From the human T2T-CHM13v2.0 reference genome, Homo sapiens, in NCBI RefSeq assembly GCF_009914755.1, contig NC_060929.1: DNA of 64,000 nt. One strand, written 5' to 3'. Below, piece after piece: positions 51,729 to 64,000 of this stretch. Made by a program: the position numbers and the translations under genes. How positions within the stretch are numbered: position 1 is the stretch's first letter; every line of letters starts with the position of its first letter. The notes beneath the pieces were generated by a model. It did no database searches. It was not told where the DNA came from and saw only the letters and a list, made by a program, of their open reading frames with translations.

Positions 51729-52258
51729 TCATTCTGAGGGCTGGAAATGTTCCATATCTTATCTGAATGGTAGTTACGAGGGTGTATGCATATATGAAAA
51801 CCCACTGATCTCCACACTTAACATTTCTGCACTATTCTCTGTGAAGTTCTGGTTCAATAAAAAATGCGCATTCAAAAATATAGGATGTTCTCCCCCCTTT
51901 GGCCAAAAACCAAGGGTTATTGACCTGTATCCTTCTGAAATTCAGTGCAAAAGTGATGTGTGCCTCTTTCTGGGCAAGTGTTGACCCTTTTTGTCAGATT
52001 CTTAAAGGGATTTGGAGCTCCTAAAAAGTTAAAAATTACCAGTGAGGGCCTTCCCTAAAATAAAGACCACTTACTTCTGGTTTTGTTGGGGTTTGACTAA
52101 AGGTCAGACCGCTCTGTCAGAACAGGCTTTCTGGAAATGCAGACCTTGAGATAGGTAAGCACCAACGTATTTAATGGGCTGGCTACAGAATAAACAGCTA
52201 CATTTTTCTTTGGGGAGCAAAATGCAGATAATTATCACCACTTAAGCTTTAGTGCAAC

Positions 52259-52420
52259 TGTGTAAAAAGGCGCGGCTTTTTATTGGCCCAGCGCCTTTGT
52301 GTGCAACCAATCCTGAGGTGGGCGGCTGTGTCCCCGCCCTGGTGGGCGGAGCTCTTCCCAGCCCAGGGGCCTTTGCCCATCAGGCGGTTCCGCCTGGCAC
52401 TGGCTGGGCGGAGGTCCTTG
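52259..52420 (-). promoter_or_regulatory. Putative Pol II promoter
   Basis: Four GC boxes (52320-52325, 52332-52339, 52344-52349, 52406-52411); CCAAT at 52307-52311; minus-strand CCAATAAAAAG at 52286-52276; Inr-like CAGTT at 52260-52256; local CpG retention in non-repeat DNA. Confidence 0.6.
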
Positions 52421-52740
52421 GTAGCGGAGGGGCAGATTAACCCTCTGCCTCACTTGACAAGCTTGAAGAAAGCTTAACCCACGCTCTGGATTCCTCTGGG
52501 GTCCCTTATCCAGGCCAGGCCCGCAAACCAGAATTTCCAGTGTGACTGTGTTGGCAGAGAGTTAATGAGCAGCCAAGGAAGCTGTGGCTGTTGCTGTTGT
52601 AGACTTGCCCCAGAGGGAAGGACAGAAGAACGCCAGGTCCTTCCTTAGCCTCTCTGCTTGGAACGAGGCAGGTGGGAAGGGTGCATCTCAGTAAGTGGAG
52701 GCTAGACATGAGATTGGAAGCCTCAAGGGAAGGGAATCGG

Positions 52741-52751
52741 GAAAGTGAAAC
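52741..52751 (+). promoter_or_regulatory. IRF/ISRE-type element GAAAGTGAAAC
   Basis: Matches the GAAANNGAAA IRF1/2 (also PRDM1) consensus, ~490 bp upstream of the predicted TSS. Confidence 0.4.
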
Positions 52752-52984
52752 CCTAACCGCATATATTGAGTTTATTTGGATGGATACCAGTCCCTGTGCC
52801 ACATAAATGTTTTACTTAAAAGAATGGGCTCTGAAGCCAGGCTCAGCCAATTCGTAGCTGTGTCGACTCCGGCAAGTTGCTTATCTTCTGTATTAGGATC
52901 CCCCTCCATAATATGGCATAACAGTAGTGCCACCCCCAATCTCCAGTTTAACTTCTAAGCTGGCCCCTGCCTCACCCTCTGATT

Positions 52985-53800
<816 letters not shown>

Positions 53801-53829
53801 TAAGTGTATAGTAGGGTTGGATAATTTTA

Positions 53830-54250
53830 TCTTATACTATTCTCCCCTTCTGCATCATAAGGACCTTCTTTCTGTCCCTCAAGCAAACCACGCTCACTCC
53901 CACCTCAGGGCCTTTGGCCTAGCTGTCCCCTCTGTCTGGAAGTCTATTCCCCCAGATTGCTGCATACAGTTCACTCCTTATCAGTCAGATCTCAGTTTAA
54001 ATATCACCGCCTCAGTGAGGCTTTCCCAGACCATTTTATTCATTCTCTGACCCTTACCCTATTTTATTTTCTCTATATCCATTATTACACTCTGATCTTT
54101 TTTTTATTTCTTTACTTGTGTCATATCTGCCCCTTCTATTAATAGAAATGAGCTCCATGAGAGCAGGTAACTTGTCTATTATGACATTAGCTATCCCTGG
54201 CTGCTAGAACAGTGCATGGCATGTAGTAAGCATTTATTAAACATTAGCTG
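53830..54250 (+). mobile_element. L2 3' fragment
   Basis: cccacctcagggcctttg...agctccatgagagcagg...agaacagtgcatggcatgtagtaag. Confidence 0.65.
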
Positions 54251-55418
54251 TTATTCATACTTCACAGCACACTTAGAAAGTAGGTACCATTATTATGCAC
54301 GTGTTACAAATGAAGAAACTGAGACTCAAAGGAATTAAGTGACTTGGCCAAAATTATGCAACTGGGAAGTGTCATAGCCTGGGTTTGGTGCCAGTACTAT
54401 CTGGCTCAAAAGCTGGTGCTCCTTGTACGATGCTATACTGCTTATTTCAGCTCCTTCTTCCAGACTGATCTAGCCTCAAATTGTCAGTTCCAACAAGGAT
54501 TCCTCTGGGCGTCGGAGACAGGGAGAAGAAACAGAAATGTGGATATTGTCTGATCTGGCCACACCCAAGAGGCCTGGCCCTGGAACTGGTAGGGGAGGGA
54601 GGACAGGAGCTGTCACCTCCTGGGAGCTTTGGCTGGAAAACAGCCCTCTCCAGAGCTGCAAGCCAAGGCCTGGCCTCCCTCCAGCAAGGCCCTGTGAGCC
54701 CCGGCAGGCAGCAGGCGCTCTCAAACAGCAGGCCTCCGGTACCATGTATACTCAGGTGGACTTCCTTTTATGCAAAATTCTAACAGGCATACTGATAACT
54801 AACTTCATGTGTGGTGCTGTTCTAAATACTTTTCATGTATTAACTCACTGGTTCCCCAAATTAGCATCATGAGGTATGTATCATATTACCTCATGTAACT
54901 GATGAGGAGATTGAGGCCCAGGATGGTTAAGCAAACTGCTCAAGGTCACAAGGCTCAAGAATGGTGGAGGCAGGATATAAACTCACGTTATTTGACTTGA
55001 GTTTCCTTCTTTTACTTGCCACTCTACCCTGCATCTCAGCAATGGATTTGAGAATAAGTCTTCATTTACAAAAGTATTTACTACTGGATAGCTGTGCGAC
55101 CTAAGCTCTAAACTCAAAGCTTTCTGGCCCTTAATTGCCTTATGTGCATAAATGGACAAGAATCAGCTTCTCTTCTATGTGTGTTCTTTAGAAAAACATG
55201 CTAATATGTATTATGGCGGGGGGCAGGGTTAAGCTAAATTAGGTGGAACTCTTTGCAGCAGGATTTATCAGTGCCTTTAATATGCTAATGTACAATGGGC
55301 CTCTTCAAGAGAGGAGCTGAGGATATAGCATTTCTCAAACTTTATTGAACACAGAACGATGTGGAATAGTATTCCATGGAACACAGATTGGTAAACACTC
55401 ATTTTAGAAGTTTATTTG

Positions 55419-55725
55419 GGCTAGGCACAGTGGTTAATCCCTGTAATCTCAGCACTTTGGGAGGCTGAGACAGGAGGATCACTTGTGCCCAGGAGTTCAA
55501 CACTAGCCTGGGCAACATAGCAAGACCCTGTCTCTTCAAAGAATTAATTTAAATAAAAAATAGCCAGGTGTAGGGGCACTCGCCTATAGTCCCAGCTACT
55601 CGGGAGGCTGAGGCAGAAGGGTCACTTGAGCCCAGGAGTTAGAGGCTGTAGTGAGCTATGATTGCCCCACTGTACTCCAGCCTGGGCAATATAGCAAGAC
55701 CCAGTCTAAATATTAAAATAAAAAG
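55419..55725 (+). mobile_element. Alu (AluJ-like)
   Basis: AluJ diagnostics gcccaggagttc, gagctatgatt. Confidence 0.88.
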
Positions 55726-56251
55726 AGTTGTTTGCAGGAAAAAAGTCATATTTCCTGAAATCGGAGAGAATTCTCTTCTTTCTCCCTATTTTCACCTGCT
55801 AGAAAAAAAGGAACTTATAAACAATCATCAACTCCTTCAAGCCTGCAGGAGACTTTTGGTTAATATGGAGATGAGGAAAGGGAACTCATTTGCTGAGCAT
55901 TTACTATATGCCAGCTCTGTGACTAAGACTTAGATTTTTTTTCATGATTCTCAAAACAGCCCTTTGAAGGAGGTTTTATTTGAAGACGGTAGGATAATGT
56001 TGCAGATGAAAATGTAGGCTTTGGAGTCTGATAAACATGAGTTTGCATCTTAGCTATGTTACTTGATAGCTATAGCTGTGTGAACTTGGGCAAGTTGCTT
56101 AACTGTTCTATGCTTCAGTTTTCTCCTTGGCAAAATGGATAACACAACATCTACCTAATATGGTTATCATGTGGCTTTGCTGATATAATGCATGAGAGGC
56201 ACTTACATAGAATCTGCACATAGTAAGCATACAGTAAGAAGTCACTGCATT

Positions 56252-56557
56252 GCCGGGCGCTGTGGCTCACGCCTGTAATCCCAGCACTTTGGGAGGCCAA
56301 GGCGGGTGGATCACCTGAGGTTGGGAGTTCGAGACCAGCCTGACCAACATGGAGAAACCCCATCTCTACTAAAAACACAAAATTAGCCGGGCGTGGTGGC
56401 ACAAGCCTGTACTCCCAGCTTCTCGGGAGGCTGAGGCAGGAGAATCGCTTGAACCCAGGAGGCGGAGGTCGTGGTGAGCCAAGATCATGCCATTTCACTC
56501 CAGCCTGGGCAACAACAGCAAAACTCCATCTCAACAACAACAACAACAACAACAAAA
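56252..56557 (+). mobile_element. Alu (AluSp-like)
   Basis: cctgaccaacatggagaaacccc; (AAC)n tail; flanking aagaagtcact repeat. Confidence 0.9.
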
Positions 56558-58458
56558 GAAGTCACTTTATTATATCATTATCCTCATCATTATTCGTGTT
56601 TTACAGATCATAGAGCAGAGACCCAGAAAGGGTAAGTAACTTACCTAACGCCACACAGCTATTGTGTGTGGCTAAATTGAGACCCCTACACAACCCCAAA
56701 CCTGCTCTTTCTCTCCAGGATCCCTGAAGGAGGCTAAGCCAATTTTATCTGAACTTGCAAATAAAACCTCTCTTCCTCTCCATGCCTCACATCACATGCC
56801 ACTCAGGAGTGAGTGGGAATTTCCCCTTGGAACTCAGACCCTACCACCCATGCATAAGCATTCAGACCCACTTGGCAACAGCATGCCCATGGCCTAAGGC
56901 CCTGACAAATGGGTCTGGAGAACTGAGAAAGTCCTGAACCTATAGGCAACCCTTTATGAGCCTCTCTATACAGGGAGCATTCCATAAATGCCATGGCCAG
57001 TGCACATGCTGTATGCATAAGAAGCCACATGGCCCCTGCTGTCAACCTGGGATCTTCCAAGTCCTAGCATAGGTGGGGGATGCCTCCGCGGCTGTCACAG
57101 GGGAGGGGCAGCAAAGAGACAACATGGAGGCCGAGGGGGCAAGGTTCTAGGCTCTGGGCCTGAATCAATGAAAGCAGTTGCTCTTGAAATAAGTTCATAT
57201 GTTGCCCTTCCATGTAACTTTCTATTTGAAAAAAAGGCTTGCTGTCTACCCCCATATCACCAAAAAAAAAAAAAAAAAAAAAAAAAAGTTTTAAGCACCA
57301 CTGATCTAGTTCTTCATTTCCATTGGGTATATTGGGAAGATAGGCCCAAATGGAAAGGAACTGCCACAGGTCCCAGTGTGTTAGTGACAGAACAGGGACC
57401 GGAACTGATATCTCCTGTCTGTTTTTATACCAGCCTGTCAAACAGCAGAGTCTGAGATGGTTGTTTGTTTGTTTGTTTGTTTGTTTGTTTGTTTTTAACT
57501 GAAAGGGAAAACAGAGCCTAAGTTTGTTGTTCATGTTCAAGTTAACTTTAGAATCAGTCTTCCCTCTGGCCACATTCAAAGCTCACTGTGTTCCCACCCT
57601 CCCTGTTCCCGTATACCAAATGCTGTAGGTCCACACAGGCCCAGGGGACGATCGTAACTACAGTCCTCCTCAATCCTCCACCGGGAGATTTCTGCCCTTA
57701 CGGTTGCCAGTGAGAAGCAAACGTTAGGAAACAAGGAAGACAGAGTGGCAGGTGCTTTGGGAACCTGCTTGAATCCCAGCTTAGCTACTTATTCTCTGTG
57801 TGAACCTGAGCAAGTCACTTCACCTCACAAAGTCTCACTGCCATCGGCTGTAAAATTTGGGTAACTTTATGAAGTTACCATGAAGGTATCCTAACATGGG
57901 GTTGCTGTAAGGCTCAGAGGCAATACACATAAAGAACCTGCAACATGGAAGTTGGGCAACAAGTAATAGTTCATATCAATATTATTGTTTTAACTATAGC
58001 TGGTTTTCGACAAGATCTGAAGTTCTTATACATACTTTAAGTGCATTAGGCTCTGTGCACACCCACATCAAGGCCAAGCAATGCTGCACTTCCACATACA
58101 TGCGTTGACGTGAGCCCTGCCTTCTACAGTAATTTGACAGTCTTCCACCTGCAGGCAGATGTTCTGATGGGAGAATCCCATAGATGCAGTTGGATCAGCC
58201 TGAGAAGAAACTGGCTCTAGAATTAGTCTGCTGGGTTTTGTTATGGCTCCACTATTTAATAGAAGACAAGTTTCTCAACCTCCCTGAGCCTCAGTTTTCT
58301 TATCTCTAAAATGGGAATAATAGCAGTCCCTAATTCTTAGGCTTGTTTTGAGGATTAAATGGGATAATACCCGTGAAAACCTTAGTGCATTGGCTTATCT
58401 TTTAAAAGTGGCCAAAAACTATTAACTCATGACTTGTCCTAAAGTCTGTCCTTTCTTA

Positions 58459-58983
<525 letters not shown>

Positions 58984-59990
58984 TTATATAGTTGCCCCAT
59001 GTTGTGTCTGGCTGGCCCCAGTCTTCCCATACAGAGGAGGGTCAGGAAGGGGACTAATCTTCAAACCAGTGGCCTCATCAAACCAGTGCCTTAGTTAAAG
59101 GAACTGCTGTGGGAATGCACAATCCCAGTTTGAAATTCTCTGTCACTGTGTGTGACCTTATGAAAGTCACTTCACGTCTCTGAGCCTCAGTTTCTTCATC
59201 TGTAGGATGGGATTTAAAGTGGTACCAGAGTAAGGAATTGTAAGAGCACATGAGGTAATATCTGCTAAGTGCTTAGCACACAGAACTCGGTAGAGTGGTG
59301 GGTTAGTAATCATTATCGATGCCAGTGGATCCCATCGTTAGGCATGGTGCTCTTCTTAGAACCAGAGCAAAAATACACTTGTCCATTCCAAGCCTTATTT
59401 CTGACGTCAGCAAAGCTATTTATGAGGACAGCAGCCATCCCAGGGACACACCTGAAAAGGGGTGGGCCAGCCTCTGCATGCTGACCATCCAGATTCCATG
59501 ACTCCCTGTCAGCCTGAAGGAGGTGACAACCATCTGTCTTTCCCCACCCTACCCAGAAGACCAGCTCAGCAGGGCTGGGAAGGACTTCAGACTATATCTT
59601 GCGCGGTCCTCTTATCCAGGTTGGATGTAAGGAGAAGAGGTGAGACCTATCCAGGTCTCACTAGACCTAGGACTGCACGACAGTATGTGTAGTATTAAAA
59701 GAAGTATTTGGGTTTGATTCTTAGTTTCTCAACTTGCAGGCTAAGAGTCCTCACAGGACTTCAGTTTCCTCATCTGGAAAACAGGCTTAACAACAAAGTC
59801 TCTTACTAGGGTTGTTGCAAAGATTAAATGAAGATTAAACATAATGTGAGCCACAGACGTAATGTCTCTCCTCTCTATTCCTGCTGTAGTGCTCTTTGAC
59901 CATAGCACACTGGAAAGACGCAATGCACTGATTTCTGGATTTCCTTTCCATTGTGAAGCTGTATGGAGCAGCAGAGTTGTTCTGGAGTGC

Positions 59991-60604
59991 TATTGTGCCG
60001 AACTCCTATTCACCTCAATAGGGAAGGCACCAGGTTCAAGGGGCTGAAGAAGAGACCCAGAGCCAGCAAATGAGAGGTGGGGTTTGATTGGCAGCTTACA
60101 TACAGGGAAGAAAGTCCAGTGGTGGTGAGCTGGACAGGAAAACCCGCCCACTGACAACAGGCTAGGACAGGTAAGGACACCACATCATCTTTACCTACAG
60201 AAAAGGTCCACTGGTGACAGGCTAGACACGATGTCCTCTTTACCTACAGTCCGGCCGCGGTGGGCTGGACAAGATAACCCAGTGGCGAAGGGCTGGGCAG
60301 GAAAACCACAACCACTTGCAAACCACATGCAGTTTATATTCCATCTTCACTTAACACCCTCCCCTTAACGACCTCCACCTGGCAACCTTCATCCAACTCA
60401 AACCTCAGGGCTTGGATCTTCTGTACAGCCCATATTCCATGGGATAGGCAAGGGGCTCAGATGTTCCTCATAGACAAGAAACGAGTCTCCAGGTTGGCTA
60501 CTCCCAGATTCCCGAGCTTAGAACAGACATTCAGGTGTGTCTTCTGTACAGGCTCATTGTAAGCGTATGCTTAAGTTATTGCTACCAGGTGCATTTATCC
60601 TACA
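59991..60604 (-). mobile_element. Solo ERVL LTR (LTR32-like)
   Basis: Terminus tcctaca (TG on the minus strand); resembles recalled LTR32; 5-bp TSD AGTGC / GGTGC. Confidence 0.7.
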
Positions 60605-60707
60605 GGTGCCAGTCTGAAAACCTGACTGGGGCCTGGACTGCCTCTCTGTTGCTCTGTGACCTTCTGTTGGTCACTTTCCCTCTCTGGCACTCAGTTTCTT
60701 CCATTAA

Positions 60708-61226
60708 CAGCACTGCCCAAAAGAAACATAACATGAGCTACATATGTAATTTTAAACAGTTTAGTAGCCACTTTATAAAGAGTGAAAAGAATAGGAAAAA
60801 TAATTTAATAATGTTTTTACTTAGCCCAATGCATCCAAAATATTATCATTTTAACATGTAATCAATATTTAAAAATCATTAATGAGATTTTCCTTTTTTT
60901 TCCTTACTAAGTTTTTGAAATCTGAGTGGTTCTCAACCCAGCGTGATTTTGGCAATTGTCTGGGGGTGTTTTTGATTGTCAAAACTGGGGTGGGTGTCGG
61001 GGTGCAGGGGTGTGTGTGCCGCTGGCATCCAGAGGGTAGAGGCCAGGGGTGCTGCTAAACATTCTACGAGCACAGGACAGCCTCCAGCAACAAAGAACGA
61101 TCTAGTCCAAAATGCTAACTGAGCCTGTTTTCTACTTACAGCACATCACGATTCAGATTAGCGGCTCATCAAGTTCTCAAAAGCCACATGCAGCTGGTAG
61201 CTGCCATATTGGACGGCACAGCTCTG
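60708..61226. mobile_element. MER33/MER3-like hAT MITE with a nested MER20 (~60925-61122)
   Basis: Termini cagcactgccca / ttggacggcacagctct; internal agtggttctcaac...ccaaaatg MER20. Confidence 0.7.
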
Positions 61227-62606
61227 TAACCTAAAACATCTGGACATGCACTTGGAAAAGTCAAGTTTTTAAAAACTTGGGTTTTGGTGAATTTGTTTTC
61301 CTACTCATCCCAGAATAACTGACCGAAAGAGCTGCAGCTGGGTCACCAGTCGCTGGCTGGCTAAGGGCAGAACCCATCTGTCCCTGGCTTGTTAGACCCT
61401 TCGTAAGCCACCCACCCTCCTCAGGGAGACTGAGCCTGGAACAGACAGTGAACCCTGTTGTTCTTTTCTGGGGAGACAAAGCTGCAGGCCCTGCTACCTG
61501 CCTGACAGGGCCATTGTGGCTAGAGGAGAAAAGGGCTTTGTCAGGAAGCAGCCGAGAAGACTGCAGTTCAATGGGGCCCTTTATGTCTACACTGGCAAGA
61601 TGCTCTGATGCCAGCCCTGTTGAGGCCCAGCCCCCTTTTAGAACAGATGGGGAGCCTGAGGCCCAGTGAGGTTGTGAAAGTCCCTGCAGTGGATCCTAGC
61701 CTCCTTCCCCTCATGCCACTGCCCTAAAACATGAGATTCTCCTGACTCTGAAAAGGCCGGTCTTGAAGCATAGGATAAACTCAATATTGCCCTTAACCCC
61801 TGACAAGGAGGCCCCTTCCCTGACCCTAAAATTTAGCGGTTCCACAAATCACAAACACATACAAAAATAAATGCATTAAAGAACATATATGTGCATCTGT
61901 CTCTCAGGATCTGGGCTTAGCTCTGGCAACTACAATCTGAAACATCCTCTCTTGTGATTCAAAAAGGCCACTAAGAGAAGCCACTATTTAAAGTGTTCTC
62001 AACATACACGCATGTATGCACACACACGCACAATATAACTAAGTGAGGTGATAGATGTATTAATTAGCTTAATCGTCGTTATCATTCACGATGTACACCT
62101 ATATCAAATCATTATGTTGTACATTTTAAATATATATAACTTTCATTTGTCAGTCATACTTCAATAAAGCGAGGAAGAAAAAAGGTCAGACCAGAGGGAA
62201 ATACTCCGAATCTCTCACCCTATGTTCTTGGAATAAAAGCAGTCAAGTTTGAATGCAGTGAGGGTTTGAGGACTGTACCACTCCAGGTTCAGTGCTGACT
62301 CCGTTTTATAGCACAAGGAGGAGCTGAACAGCAGAAATGCTTAGAGAAGAGAAAGATAAGTTGAATTCTCTTGTCAAATTCTCCCTTGCAGGTAGCATGG
62401 ATGCATATATTTTTTCATCATGAAGTCTCACTTCCGAATAGGGCCAATCATCTAGTGTCTTGCTGCTCTGTGTTCAAATTCATATAGTCTTGGAGGTGTT
62501 CCCCTCTACCTGAACGGTGGTACCACACACCTCCAAAGTTAGAGGCGGGCCTGGGCACACTCACCTGCAGACTTGGATATATTCTGTTGGCAATGGCTAT
62601 GACTTC

Positions 62607-63439
<833 letters not shown>

Positions 63440-64000
63440 TTTCCCTTTCTCTTTTAACCTCTCCCTTCCCCAACCCGATCCCGACCCCTTGGAGAAGGGG
63501 CTGTTGCATTTGACAAAGAAATTGATCCTTATGTAGAGTAAGCAACTTGTTTAAAGTCATCCAGCAAATTAGAGGAAGCCCCATGCTGGGAGAACCCATC
63601 CTTAGAGGCCCAGCTAGAGGTCCGCAAGTAGACAGTGGAGGGTCGTAGGTAGGAGGACAGGCTTGGGGTCAGAGCAGCTCGGTTTACAGCTGGCACCCTC
63701 GTTCACTAGCTGTGCAACCTTGGGAGCAAGTGTCTCAGAGTATTTAAAGGACAGTTTTTTCTATTCCTATACAAGATGTTAACATTAAGGGAAGCTGGTG
63801 ACAGGTATATGGGAACTCTCTATACTATTTTCGTAACTCTTCTATAAGTCTAAAATTATCTCATGATAAAATTTTTAAAAATAACAGTTTCCTCTTATCT
63901 GTAGCATGGAAAGAGTAAGGATATCTGTCTCCTAGGAGGCTTCGATGAGACAGTGCCTGGAAAGGGGTTAGCACAGTGTCTGGCCCATGCTGACGACTCC

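Overview
Primate genomic DNA, almost certainly human (a consensus-perfect AluYa5, an SVA and an L1HS/L1PA2-like fragment are present). No intact host protein-coding gene is supported. Positions 1-545 look like the end of an unidentified + strand 3' UTR, followed by a full-length THE1C provirus. About 4.4-45.4 kb is a single ancient L1MB-class LINE inflated to ~41 kb by nested insertions. These are an L1MA containing an L1PB containing AluYa5; a 5'-inverted L1PB1 with a 3' transduction containing an internally deleted L1PA4 containing an SVA with its own 3' transduction; an RPL26 processed pseudogene; a Tigger2 containing a full-length L1PA5-like element with an open ORF0; several LTRs; and a tail-less young L1 ORF2 fragment that creates a 761-codon chimeric RT-containing ORF. 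About 45.4-64 kb is MIR/L2/Alu-rich sequence with a GC-box/CCAAT promoter near 52.3 kb that plausibly drives a spliced minus-strand lncRNA ending at ~47.7 or ~46.4 kb. I found no evidence for a new multi-gene system; the interest lies in retrotransposition and repair events and the candidate transcript. Subfamily names come from recalled consensus sequences, and many old-repeat boundaries are approximate.
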